This document shows, piece by piece, positions 50,965-64,000 of a stretch of DNA of 64,000 nt. Position 1 is the stretch's first letter. Each line of letters begins with the position of its first letter. Both the position numbers and the translations under genes were made by a program. The notes below the pieces were generated by a model, which searched no databases, was not told where the DNA came from, and saw nothing but the letters and a program-made list of their open reading frames with translations. This DNA comes from Raja brachyura (lineage: Eukaryota): NCBI GenBank assembly GCA_963514005.1, contig OY740795.1:682001-746000 (forward strand), read 5' to 3'.

Positions 50965-53900
50965 TTTAATGCACAGGTCCAGGCGATCACTCCTTGTACT
51001 GCTGCTCAGCGGTTGTTAACGAAACAAACAGATATCTGGCATATTTATAAAGTGAATGACGGGGAAAACAGGCAACGAGCTAACATCCCTGTGGACATTA
51101 CTTACACTCTTTTGAACAAACATCTACTATTTTTCATGTAATGCTCAAAATCACCTTATTGGAAACATGGATCGTGCCTCTTGCGTGTCCAAACCCTTAA
51201 TGATCATATATGTTTCAATCAGATTTCCTCTCATCCTTCTAATTTTCAGAGTATACAAGCCCAGCCGCTCCATTCTCTCAGTATATTACAACCCCGCCAT
51301 CCTTGGAAAATAACCATGTGAACGTACGCTGCATTCCTTCAGTACAAGACTATTGGGCCGGCTAGATGCAGTCAAAAATATTCCGGACATTGAGGGAGTC
51401 CAGAAACAGAGGTCACAGTGTACGAATGATGGTTAGACCATTTAGAAACATAGAAACAGAAAATTCGATGCAGTAGTATCACGCTCGGCCCCTCGAGCCA
51501 GCAGCGCCATTCAATATGATCATGGTTGATCATCTAAAATTATCATGTTTATTCCAATGTTCCTGTTTAATCCACATACCCCTTGATTCATTTGGGCCCA
51601 AGAGCTAAGTCTAACTCTTTGAAACATGCAGTGAATTGTCCTCAGTTGTATTCTGTGGCCGAAAATTCCACAGATTCAAATTCTCTGGGTGAGTGACATT
51701 TTCCCTCATCACAGTCCCAAATGGCCTATCGTTATCCATAAATGTTGACCCCTTGCTCTGGACTGCACGAACATCGGGAACACGTATCATGCATCTAGTT
51801 TGTGTCCAATCCTTTAATAATATTATATGTTTCTATCAGATCCCCTCTCATCCTTCTAACTGGCAGTGAATACAAGGCGACTCAACCCATTATTTTACCA
51901 CATGTCAGTCCACCATCGCGGGAATTAACCTGGAGTACCGGCGCTGCACTTCCTCAATAACAATCTCGTCCTTCCTCAAATTAGGAGACCAAAATGGCTC
52001 ACAAATGCGGTCTCATCAGGGTCCAACACAACTTAGGACTGAGATGTGAAAAATCTGTTTGACCCAGAGAGTTGTGAATCTGTGGAATGCTGTACCACAG
52101 AAGGAAGTAGATGACAATTCATTGGAAGATTTCACGAGAGAGTTAAGGTTAGCTCTTAGGACTACAGTAATCAAGGGATATGGAAGAAAGCAGGAACGGG
52201 GTACTGATTTTAAATAGAGACATGGAAGCATATAAATAACTAGTGCTGTCCATTCGGCCGTTGAACTGCCATGCATTTTGATCATGGCTGATGAGCCACC
52301 ATCAGTGATCCGTGCCTGACATCCCCCCATGAATCTTGATTCTCCCAGGGCCAAGAGCACTATCTAGCTCTCTTTTCATTTAATTCAATTAATTAGCCTC
52401 CGCTGCCTTCTGTGGCAGATAATTCCATACATCCACAACTCTCTGGCTGAAAAAGATTGTGATCATCTCAGTTTTAAATGCCCTCCCCTTTACTCTTAGA
52501 CGGTGGACCCTGGTTCTGGACTCCCCCGGCACTAGCTTGACCAATCGTTTTATAATTTTAAATGTTTCTACACGATTCCCCCTCATTCTTCTCAAATCCA
52601 TCTTTCCAACTTTTCGTCGTATGACAGTCCCGTCATATCGCGGATTTTACTTCGGAGTCACGTGAGTGATTCCCTGAATAAGACTCGTCAGGCCGCATGC
52701 GCGCCAGTACGTCAGGCGCATTGACGCACGGAGGCTGTGTGGAACAGTGCTCCTCCAGCGGTAAGTATTCAGACTCCTGGTAAGTGAAAAACTTTCACTG
52801 GAGTTCAATTCTGTTCTTGCCGGTACGCTTATCTACCGATCGCTAGCAATGGACAAAACAGGGAAAGGAAAGCGGCGAGTCGCAGCCAGCCGCGGTAGTG
52901 CAGGTTTGGAATCGCTGCCACATACCCCTGACACAGTCGCTAGCTACAGAGTGAGCGAGTGCAAACTTAGTGCTGCACAGCACAGAGACAGCGCCATTAG
53001 ATCTGCTAAGCCCACGGATTCTGGGATGATTCCTCACCGGGGCTGGATAGAGTGTGTTCACGCCTATCCCAAGTGGAGGATATGTTGTGCACAGTACTCC
53101 AGCAAACTACACTCCAGGAGAAGGATTGTCATCGCCACTCAGAGCCAGAGGCGCCAGATAACCCCTTCACATTTGAGGGGAGTACAATGGGTCAGATTAG
53201 TGCTGACCTCGAGTCTGATGGGCAGGTCCAGCCAGGAGAAACAATGGATTTACCAGATGTTCCACCCCTGGCAGTACCATTTGCTGTCCCATCAGGAGCA
53301 GGAGAGCCGCTAAGAGAAGAACTGGCCGCTCCAATATATTATATGGTTTGTCAACACCTCCAGGTGCTCACTATGGAAGAGACAACCAAAAAAACATGAG
53401 CCTCCTAAAAATTGTGAGTTGTTAAAACTAACAACTGTTAATCAGGTCGTTTGGGGTCAGATGGGAACCGGCATGCGAAATCAAGAGATCAAGTTGCAGA
53501 GGGCCGTAAAATTATTGGGCTCTGGAAGTACCGCGTTCGCAAGAACAATGGATGGTGGTTATGTGACTAGAACACATCAAGAGTTTCTGGGGTTGCTATG
53601 TCGCACCCATTTTGAGATTAACTGTATCAGAAAAAGGGCTATTAGTCCCACTATGAATCCGAGATTTGCTGCGCTTTGCAAGCCAACAAATATCCATCCA
53701 CCCAACCCACTGTTTGGTGCAAACCTTATTAAGCAGGTCAAGGAATGAAGAAAGAAAATCAATGAGCCTGATGAGACCAATGTTGACCGGCAGACCACTG
53801 AAGAGGAAATATTCTTACAGAATGACCTCAGCTTCCGGGGTTACACCAGGGACAAGCTGGTATTCCATTCTGGGTCGTGGTTGGTACCCTTCGACAGGAG

Positions 53901-54475
53901 CACGAACAACCATGGGGGCCCCTGCCAGGAGCTGGGGTCAGCAGGACACACTAGTGACCAGGGAAGTACTCTTAAGAACATATTAAGTATAACACAGGGG
54001 AAAAAATGGTGGTAGATTACGGCTATTTTATGAAGAATGGAAGCAGCTTACTTCAGATCTCTTGATCAGGAGTGTGATTCAAGGGTTTCGGATGTAATTC
54101 AATCCAATTGATGATTTGCATCTCCAACATGTTCATAGCAGAACACTTTATTTTTTCACAAACAGAGGTAGTAGAGGTTCAGGCTGAACTTGAAAATGTG
54201 TGTAACAAATGGGTAATTGAGAAGACGGTTTATCAAGCTCGTCAATTTGTATCACATATATTTTCCCGTCCCAAAAAAGACGGAGCTACAGAATTATTTT
54301 GGACCTTACAAGGTCAAATCCATTTGTAATATGTGGACACTTCAAAATGGAAACGTTGGTTACGGCCAAGCAACTGATTTCCAGAGGTTGTTATATGGCA
54401 ACCATAGATCTGAAAGATGCTTACTACTCAGTGCCTGTTTATTGCGAGCATAGAAAGTATTTTAAATTTTAAATA

Positions 54476-57400
54476 CAGGAGCTGTTGGAAGAGAAGGAGG
54501 GAGAGGAGCGACACCCGACCGGTAAGGATAAAAATCCAGCGCGGTGCTTGCTTTTTCAGATGCCCACAGGATCCGTTGGAAGAGAATGAGGGGGTGGAGC
54601 GACACCCGACCGGTAAGGATAAAAGCGCGGGGCTTGTTTACCAAAATCCATAACATTCCATTCGGAGAAGTGGATTTTTTGGGGGGGGTTTTGAGGAAGC
54701 CGCTGATTGGTGGGAAGGGGACTAGGGTAAGCAACTGATTGGCAGTCAGATTCCAGCTGTTTGTAGTGTATTTTGTGTTGAGATTTTATCCTGCGTAAGG
54801 GGCGAGTATGAAGGCCAGGGCTGTGTACTGTTGCGAATGTCAGATGTGGGAGGTCAGGGAAGCTGACAGCCCACCAGTCGTCCACATCTGCGCCAGGTGT
54901 GTCGAGATGGGGCTCCTGAAGGACAGTGTTAGGAACCTGCAGCGACAGCTCGAGGACCTCCGTCTGGTCAGGGAGAGTGAGGCGGTCATAGAGAGGAGTT
55001 ACAGGGAGGTGGTCACTCCCGGACCACGGGAGGCAGACAAGTGGGTTACTGTTAGGAAGGGCAAGGGGCAGAGGCAGGGACTGTAGAGTATCCCGGTGGC
55101 TGTACACCAGGAAAATAGGTACTCATGTTTGTGTTTAATTGGAGCGGACAGCAGGGGGCAGCAACAGCGGCCGGGCCTCCGGCACAGAGAAGGACCCTGA
55201 TGCTCAGAAGGGTAGCAAAAATAGGACGGAATTGTAATAGGGGACTCCATAGTTAGGGGGTCAGATTGGCGATTCTGTGGACGCAGTCGGGAGACCCGGA
55301 TGGTAGTTTGCCTCCCTGGTGCCAGGGTTTCGGATGAGTCGGAACGTGTCGAAAAGATTCTGAAAAGAGAGGGAGAGGAGCCTGATGTTGTGGTGCACAT
55401 AGGTACAAATGACATAGGCAGAAAAAGAGAAGAGGACCTGAAAGGGGAACTTAGGGAGTTGGGGGGAAAGTTAAGGAGAAGGACCAAATGAGTAACAATT
55501 TTAGGATGACTGCCTGTGTCACGTGACAGTGAGTGTAGAAATGGAATGAGGATAAATGCGTTGCTGAGGGACTGGTGCAGTGGGCAAGGATTCAAGTTTC
55601 TTGATCACTGGGACCTCTTTTGCGGAAGGCATTATCTGCATAAAAAGGACGTGTTGCACTTGAACCCGAGGAGGACTAATATCCTGGTGGGGAGATATGC
55701 AAAGGAGACTTTAAACTAGAAAGGCTGGGGGGAGGGACTCGGGCAGAGGGGGCTAGGGGACGGGGTGAGGGGCAAGAGGCAGAGAAGGGAAGCACTCGGA
55801 CCCACATGTAGGCGAGAAAGAGGAAAAAGATAATAAACTGAGAATAAGGGATGGTGGGTTTCTAAAATGTGTTTATTTTAATGCTAGGAGTATTGTAAGA
55901 AAGGTGGGTGAACTTAGAGCCTGGATTGATACCAGGAAATATGATGTTGTGGCAATCAGTAAAACATGGTTGCGGGATGGGTGTGATTGGAAACTAAATA
56001 TTCCAGGATTCCTTTCAGGTGTGATAGAATTGGAGGGACCAGAGGTGGAGGGGTTGCATTGGTTGTCAGAGAAGATATTACAGCAGTGCTTTGGCAGGAC
56101 AGATTAGAGGGCTCGTCTTGGGAGGCTATTTGGGTGGAACTGAGAAGTGGGAACGGTATAGCAACACTTTTAGGGGTGTATTATAGACCGCCAAATGGTG
56201 AGCGAGAATTGGAAGAGCTAATATGTAAGGAGACAGCAGATATTTGTAGTAAGCACAAGGTAGTGATTGTGGGAGATTTCAATTTTCCAAAAATAGACTG
56301 GGAAGCACATTCTGTAAATGGGCTGGATGGTTTGAAATTTGTTAAATGTGTGCAGGATAGTTCTTTTCTGCAATACCTAGACGTATCGACCAGAGAAGGG
56401 GCAGTGCTGGACCTCCTGGTAGGAAATGAGGCAGCACAGGTGACGGATGTATGTGTTGGTGAGAACTTCGGGACCAGTGATCACAATACCATTAGTTTCA
56501 ATATAATTATGGAGAGAGTCAGAACTGGACCTAGGGTTGAGATTTTTGATTGGAGAAATGCTAACTTTGAGGGAATGCGTAATGATTTAAAAATAGTGAA
56601 TTGGGACATTTTGTTTTATGGGAATGATGTAGAAGAGAAATGGAGGACATTTAAAGGGGAAATTGTAAGAGTACAGAATCTTTATGTCCCTGTTCGGTTG
56701 AAAGGAAATAATAAAAATCAGAAAGGGCCATGGTTTTCAAGGGAAATTGGACACTTGGTTCGAAAAAATAGAGACATCTACAATAATTATAGGAGGCATG
56801 GAGTTAATGAGGTGCTAGATGAGTATAAAGAATGTAAAAAGAATCTTAAGAAAGAAATAATAAAAGCTAAAAGAAGATATGAGGTAGCTTTGACAAGAAA
56901 GGTGAGATAGTAAATCACCTTTCTTGCCACAGCTATATTAATAGCAAAAGGATAACGAAGGATAACATTGGACCATGAGAGAGCCAGAATAGACAGCTGT
57001 CTGCAGAGCCAAAAGAGATGGGGGAGATATTGAACAATTTATTTCCTTCGGTGTTCACCAAGGAGAAGGATATTGAACTCTGTGAGGTATCGGAAAAAGT
57101 AGAGTAGCTATGGAAACTATGAGATTCATAGAGGAGGAAGTACTGACACTTCTGAAAAATATAAAAGTGGATAAGTCTCCAAGTCCTGACAGGATATTCC
57201 CTAAGGCATTGAGGGAAGTTAGTGTATAAATAGCAGGGGCTCTGACAGAAATATTTCAGATGTCATTAGAAACGGGAATAGTGCCGGAGGATTGGCGTAC
57301 AGCGCATGTTGTTCCATTGTTTAAAAAAGGGTTCAAGGAATAAACCTAGCAATTATAGACCTAGCAATTAGTTTAACGTCAGTGGTGGGCAAATTAATGG

Positions 57401-58550
57401 AAATAATACTTAGCGATAATATATATAAGCATCTGGATAAACAGAGTCTGATCAAGAACAGACAACATGGATTTGTGAATGGAAGGTCATCTTTGACAAA
57501 CCGTCTTGAATTTTTTGAAGAGGTTACCAGGGAAATTGATGAGGGTGAAGCAGTGGATGTTGCCTATATGGATTTCAGTAACGCCTTTGACAAGGTTCCC
57601 CATGGAAGGTTGGTTAAGAAGGTTCAATCTTTGGGTGTTAATGGCGGAGTAGCAAGATGGATCCAACAGTGGCTGAATGGGAGATGCCAAAGAGTAATGG
57701 TGGATGGCTGTTTGTCAGGTTGGAAGCCGGTGACGAGTGGGGTGCCTCATGATCTGTGTTGGGTCTACTGTTTTTTGTCATGTATATCAATGATCTAGAT
57801 GATGGGTTGTAAAATTGGATCAGTAAGTATGCAGATGATATTAAGATAGGGGGTGCTGTGGATAATGAAGTAGATTTTTAAAGTCTACAGAGAGATTTCG
57901 GACATTTTGAAGAGTGGGCTGAAGGATGACAGATGGAGTTTAATGCTGATAATTGTGAGGTGCTACATCTTGGCAGGACAAATCAAAATAGGACCTACAT
58001 GGTAAATGGTAGGGAATTGAGGAATGCTGTGGAGCAGAGGGATCTAGGAATAACTGTGCATAGTCCCCTGAAGGTGGAATCGCATGTAGATAGGGTGGTA
58101 AAGAAAACTTTTGGTGTGCTGGCCTTTATAATTCAGAGCATTGTTTATAGGAGTGGGGAAGTAATGTTAAAATTGTACAAGGCATTGGTAAGACCAATTC
58201 TGGAGTATGGTGTACAATGTTGGTTCTACTTATAGGAAGGAGGTCAACAAAATAGAGAGAGTACAGAGGAGATTTACTATAATGTTGCCTGGGTTCCTGC
58301 AACTAAGTTACAGAGAAAGGTTGAACAAGTTAGGTCTTTATTCTTTGGAGCGCAGGAGGTTAAGGGGGGACTTGATTGAGGTCTTTAAAATGATGAAAGG
58401 GATAGACAGATTTGACGTGGATACGCTTTTCCCATTGAGGGTGGGAAAGATTCAAACAAGAGGGCATGACATGCGAATTAAGGGACAGAAATTTAGGAGT
58501 AACATGAGGGCGAACTTCTTTACTCAGAGAGTGGTGGCTGTGTGGAATGA
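54476..58550 (+). mobile_element. Near full-length degenerate CR1 (ORF1 esterase plus ORF2) nested in the DIRS
   Basis: CCECQMWEV..HICARC, GDSIVRG and VCLPGARV..VHIGTNDI; ORF2 YRPP, GDFN, SDH and RT motifs; same subfamily as 28414. Confidence 0.9.
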
Positions 58551-59933
58551 TACGAGTTCAAGTTGTGTGGGATGATTGAGTATGGAGAAGCTTTGCTTCT
58601 GCAAACATGGGGAATAAAACATTTAGAGCTTTTAGGAGCGTTTTATGGGCTAAAGGCTTATTGTTCTAACGCAAGTAGTCTGCATGTTCAGCTCCAAATT
58701 GATAACACTACGGCAGTAGCATATGTCAATCACGTGGGTGGTATCAAGTCGTTATTTTGTGACCAACTGGATCTGGGGTATTGGCAAGCACATTTGGCTC
58801 TCAACTATGTATCTACCAGGGAGGTTCAATACAGACACCAGGTCACGAACGTTCCATGACAACATGGAGTGGATGTTGAATCGGATGATGACTTGTTGGC
58901 ATCCAGCCTGAACTACCAGCTACCCAAATATGTGTAATGGGAACCAGATCCTGGGGCGGTAGCGATTGACGCTTTCTCGCCGCATTGGTGTGGTATGTTT
59001 ATGTATGCGTTTCCACCGTTTTGTCTCACAAATCGTTGACTGCTTAAATTCAAGCAGGGTGATGCTTCAGGGGTGCTGGTGATAGATACCCGACTGGCCT
59101 ACCCAGCCACGGTATCCTTTGATCTTGCAACTGATGACTCAATCCCTGATGGCTGTTCCCAAACGAAGGGATTTATTGGTGCATCCGGTAACTGGCGAAT
59201 GTCTTTCGTTCTATGACTGTATTGATTTGTTAATTTGCAGATTTTAAGAAGGCCATGTCTGGGGCGTGGATTATCGGGTGGAACTGTGGACATGCTTATT
59301 GCATCTTGGAGATCCAGTACTCAAATCAGTATCTTTGTTATGTAAAAAAATGGGAGGTTTACTGTGTACAAAATAATATTGACTATTGTACAAAATAATA
59401 TTGACTATTGTACAGCAGGTACTTCGCACTTTCTAGAGTTTCTGTCAACCCTCTACTATGATGAAGGGCTGCGTTGTAGTGCAATTAACACAGCTAGAAG
59501 TGTTTTGTCATCATATTAATTGATGAAGTCAGACAAATATTCTATTGGATCTCACCCTCTCGTTATCCGGTTAATGAAAGGGATTTTTAATTACAGACTT
59601 CCCAAACCTAGGTATATGGCAATTTGGGATGTGAGTATGGTTCTTAGACAACTGCGTGAGTGGTCTCCTGTCTCGTCTTTGCCCTTGACCAAAATCAACA
59701 TGAAGCTGGCCATGAGAGTACAGACGTTGCAACAACTACAGCTATATAGAATGGAACAGCTGCAGACAATGTAACGTTTTACATGTATGACCTCCTCAAA
59801 CAAAGCAGACCAGGTGTCACAGGGTTTAAAATAATATTCTTAGCATATCCCACGGATCTATACTTATGCGTAAAAACGCATTTGATGCAATACATTGCAG
59901 CTACGGGGGCTTTACGTAACATGGACGCAGGAT

Positions 59934-60044
59934 ACAAAAACACATAAGAGAGTATCAGTTACAAAAAACACATAAGAGAGTATCAGTTACAAAAAACACA
60001 TAAGAGAGTATCAGTTACAAAAAACACATAAGAGAGTATCAGTT
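59934..60044. repeat. Tandem repeat, 4 x 28 bp (acaaaaaacacataagagagtatcagtt)
   Basis: Direct reading; lies inside the DIRS recombinase ORF. Confidence 0.95.
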
Positions 60045-60773
60045 AATACTATTTCGAGATGGTTGAAATAGGTCTTGATTGATGCAGGTATTAACACTGA
60101 TATGTTCACATCTTATTCCACTAGGGCAACAGCTACGACTGCGGCCAAGGCGAGGGACGTGCCCGTCGACAATATTTTTGCGGCCGCCGGATGGGCAAAT
60201 GAGCTAATGTTTCAGAGTTTCTATCTTCGGCCGATTGTCGATCCAGGGCTGTTTGCCAATGCTATTTTAAGGTCTGCTTGAAGTGCCCTCTGGGATAGAG
60301 GCGTACTGTTGTTTTGTTTATAATTTCAAATAAACGTTATTTAAGCATTAAATGCAATGTCATTACTAATGCATTATTTTCTCAACCGAATCAATCAATG
60401 CGGTGGGAAGCCGGGATTTGAAATGTGCGGCACGAAATCACAAATCTTTGAACGCTTCACGGTATCACTCACGTGACTCCGAAGCAAAATAGTAATATTA
60501 GTCGAGAACTTACCAGTAATGTTAAACGAGAACTTACCAAACGAGAACGTGCCCGCCACGCCCAAACCTCTCTCATAGAAGATCATCTGGTAGTGCTCGA
60601 GTCACCCATCTTACCATGTCACTTCCGTGCTTGTTAATTGTGATTTCATACCGCTGCTTTGAAGATTGACGCGCATGCGTCCTGACGGGTCTTCTTCACT
60701 TAATCACCAAAGTAACTCCTCATAAAATCAATATCAAACTTCAAACTGGTAAGTTATCGTTTAATCTTACTAT

Positions 60774-61860
60774 TAACCTTGTGAACCTACGCTGCACTCC
60801 CTCAAAAGCAAGGATGTCCTTCCCCAAATGAGTAGGCCAAAACTGCAAACAATACTGCAGTTGTTGTCAAATCAAAGCCCTGTACAACTGCATAAGGCCT
60901 CTACTCCTTTACTCAAATCACCTCCTTATGAAGGCGATCATGCCATTAGGTTTCTTCACTACCTGATGTACCTGAACGTTAACTTTCTGTGACTGGTGTA
61001 CAAGTACACCCATGTCTCGTTGCATGTCCCTTTATCGCCAATCTGACACAACTGGGATGATAATCTGTTTCCATGTTCTTGCCGTCAAAGTGGATAACAT
61101 CACATTTACCTGCATTATACAGCATCTGCCATGTATCTGCCCACTCACTCAACCTGTTCAGGTCACCCTGCCACCACCTAGCATTCAGAAGTTTGTTCAC
61201 GTTACTTTTAAATCATTTATATAAATTGTCAAGCGTTTCAGTGCCTGCACCGAGCCTTGCGGCACAAGTCTCGCCACTGCCTGCCATTCTGACAGGGACC
61301 GCCTTCATCAATTTCACTTTTCACATTCTCAAAACATGCCAGCCGATAAGTCAACCAGGATTTCCCCTTCATAAATCCATACGGACTTGGACTAATCCTT
61401 TAAATGTTAAGCAAATATGCCGTTATCACATCTTTAATAATTAACTCCAGCATGTTCCCCAGTTCCGATATCAGCCTAATTGGTCTATAGTTTCCCGATT
61501 TCTTTCTCGCTCCTTTCTTGAAAAGTGGGATAACATTAGCTACCCTCCAATCGACAGGAACTGATCCTGAATCTATAGACCATTGCGAAGCATCACCAAT
61601 ACGTCCACGATTTCTAGAGCCACCTCCTTGAGTACCGTGCGATGTAGAGCGTCAGGTCCTGGGGATTTTTAGCCTTAATTGCCATCAGTTTACCCAATAA
61701 TATTTCTCGCCCAATGAAAATTTATTACAGTTATTCTGTCTCACGAGATCCTCTGTCCTCTAGTACATAAGGATCCTAATTTTCCGTCTCCCTAAGCGAA
61801 GATAGAACGAGTACTACCTGTTCTACTCTTCTGCCATTTCTTTGTTCCCCATAATAATTC
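60774..61860 (-). mobile_element. Old CR1 RT fragment (continuation of the host element split by the DIRS)
   Basis: Continues the CR1 sequence interrupted at 52644 (..gcgga|taaccttgtgaacctacgctgc). Confidence 0.8.
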
Positions 61861-62029
61861 CTTGTTCCCCATCTATCGTCATCGGATGGGGCCACGCGCG
61901 GCCGCCTCGCCAGCAATATGTCCGTCCTTTCATTCATATTGTTATTTTAGTCTGTCAAAAAAGTTTGTTCCTGAAGATTATTTAGTCTTTTTATGTGGGC
62001 TGTGGGAGGTAGAAGAGGGGAAACGTTTT

Positions 62030-64000
62030 AGAAACATAGAAACATAGAAATTAGGTGCAGGAATACGCCATTCGGCCCTTCTAGCCTGCACCGCCATTCA
62101 ATATGATCATGGCTGATCATCCAACTCAGCATCCCGTACCTGCCCTCTCTCCATACCCTCTAATCCCCCTAGCCACAAGGGCCACCTCTAACTCCCTCTT
62201 AAATATATCCAATGAACTGGCCTCAACTACCCTCTGTGGCAGAGAGTTCCAGAGACCCACCACTCTCTGTGTGAAAAAAATCCTTCTCATCTCGGTCCAA
62301 AAGGATTTCCCCCTTATCCTTAAGCTGTGACCCCTTGTCCTGGACCTCCCCAACATCGGGAACAATCTTCCTGCATCTAGCCTGTCCAACCCCTTAAGAA
62401 TCTTGTAAGTTTCTATAAGATCCCCTCTCAATCTCCTAAATTCTAGAGAGTATAAACCGAGTCTATGCAGTCTTTGTTCATAAGACAGTCCTGACATCCC
62501 AGGAATCAGTCTGGTGAACCTTCGCTGCACTCCCTCTATGGCAATAATGTCCTTCCTCAGATTTGGAGACCAGAACTGTACGCAATACTCCAGGTGTGGC
62601 CTCACCAAGACCCTATACAACTGAAGAAGAACCTCCCTGCTCCTATACTCAAATCCTTTTGCTATGAAAGCTAACATACCATTGGCTTTCTTCACTGCCT
62701 GCTGTACCTGCATGCCTACTTTCAATGACTGGTGTACCATGACACCCAGGTCGCGCTGCATCTCCCCTTTTCCTAATCGGCCACCATTTAGATAGTAGTC
62801 GGTTTTCCTACTTTTGCCACCAAAGTGGATAACCTCACATTTATCCACATTATACAGCATCTGCCAAACATTTGCCCACTCACCCAGCCTATCCAAGTCA
62901 CCTTGCAGTCTCCTAGCATCCTCCTCACAGCTAACACTGCCACCCAGCTTAGTGTCATCCGCAAACTTGGAGATATTGCCTTCAATTCCCTCATCCAGAT
63001 CATTTATGTATATTGTAAATAGCTGGGGTCCCAGCACTGAGCCTTGCGGTACCCCACTAGTCACTGCCTGCCATTGTGAAAACGACCCGTTAACTCCTAC
63101 TCTTTGCTTCCTGTTTGCCAGCCAGTTCTCTATCCACATCAATACTGAACCCCCAATGCCATATGCTTTAAGTTTATATACTAATCGCTTATGTGGGACC
63201 TTGTCGAAAGCCTTCTGGAAGTCCAGATACAGCACATCCACTGGTTCTCCCCCATCCACGCTACTAGTTACATCCTCGAAAAATTCCACAAGATTCGTCA
63301 GACATGATTTACCTTTCGTAAATCCATGCTGACTTTGTCCAATGATTTCACCACTTTCCAAATGTGCTGCTATCTCATCTTTAATAACTGACTCTAGCAG
63401 TTTCCCCACTACCGATGTTAGACTAACTGGTCTGTAATTCCCCGTTTTCTCTCTCCCCCTTCTTAAAAAGAGGGGTTACGTTTGCTACCCGCCAATCCTC
63501 AGGAACTACTCCAGAATCTAAAGAGGTTTGAAAGATTATGACTAATGCATCCACTATTTCCGGAGCTACTTCCTTAAGTACTCTGGGATGCAGCCTATCT
63601 GGCCCTGGGGATTTATCGGCCTTTAATCCATTCAATTTACCCAACACCACTTCCCGACTGACCTGGATTTCACTCAAGTACTCCTTTGACCTGCGGTCCC
63701 CTGCTATTTCCGGCAGATTATTTATGTCTTCCTTAGTGAAGACGGAACCAAAGTAGTTATTCAATTGGTCCGCCATATCCTTGTTCCCCATGATCAACTC
63801 ACCTGTTTCTGACTGCAAGGGACCTACATTTGTTTTAACTAATCTCTTTCTCTTCACATATCTATAAAAACTTTTGCAGACAGTTTTTATGTTCTCTGCC
63901 AGTTTTCTTTCGTAATCTATTTTTCCTTTCCTAATCAAGCCCTTTGTCCTTCTCTGCTGGTCTCTGAATTTCTCCCATTCCTCTGGTATGCTGCTTTTTC
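62030..64000 (-). mobile_element. Young CR1 (HER1-like) LINE, runs off the window end
   Basis: ORFs 62126-63409 (RT, FADD) and 63423-63938; (ttctatgt)n tail; very similar to 5986-8652. Confidence 0.95.

Larger units (their letters stand above)
37850..51710. repeat. Segmental duplication unit, copy B
   Basis: Collinear with copy A including the SINE, supporting V, PLE/Tx1 fragments, CR1 and GPCR. Confidence 0.9.
52645..60773 (+). mobile_element. Degenerate DIRS1-type tyrosine-recombinase retrotransposon inserted in a minus-strand CR1
   Basis: RT remnant (ATIDLKDAYYSVP ~54400), RNase H (LELLGAFYGL..QIDNTTAVAYVN 58620-58740), AFPPF motif ~59010, YR (HPLVIRLMKGIFN..PKPRY..WDV; YSTRA..AAGW 59520-60281); inverted termini and ICR at 60464-60517; host CR1 resumes on both sides. 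Confidence 0.85.

Noticed and set aside
59934-60044. 28-bp direct repeats, superficially CRISPR-like
   Set aside because: No spacers, eukaryotic context, and located inside a decayed DIRS ORF; simple tandem duplication.

Overview
Eukaryotic, repeat-rich genomic DNA from a cartilaginous fish (elasmobranch, possibly a skate or ray; inferred from HE1-type SINEs, HER1/CR1 LINEs and VNAR-type gene segments). It looks like part of the T-cell receptor delta locus. The centre holds a complete NAR-TCR cassette on the + strand: leader (31486-31528), IgNAR-like V (31682-31974, 22-bp-spacer RSS), one D flanked by 12/12 RSS (32364-32378) and a J with an EGTGT motif and 23-RSS (32756-32813). About 7 kb downstream lies a leaderless 'supporting' TCR-delta V (39741-40045, 23-RSS, one apparent 1-nt frameshift). 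A second, pseudogenised supporting V lies at 2631-2936. The region is a tandem segmental duplication in which each supporting V is followed by a two-exon GPR139-like class A GPCR on the - strand: a pseudogene at 22119-24947 and an intact 327-aa gene at 48376-50964. The rest is nested retroelements: many CR1 LINEs, a full-length L1 with a 14-bp TSD, an older L1, Tx1-like and Rex/Babar-like fragments, Penelope-like terminal fragments carrying hammerhead-ribozyme cores, tRNA-derived SINEs and a degenerate DIRS1-type tyrosine-recombinase retrotransposon that retains its ITR/ICR architecture. Two assembly gaps follow the two supporting-V RSSs. Repeat boundaries are approximate unless a TSD is given.
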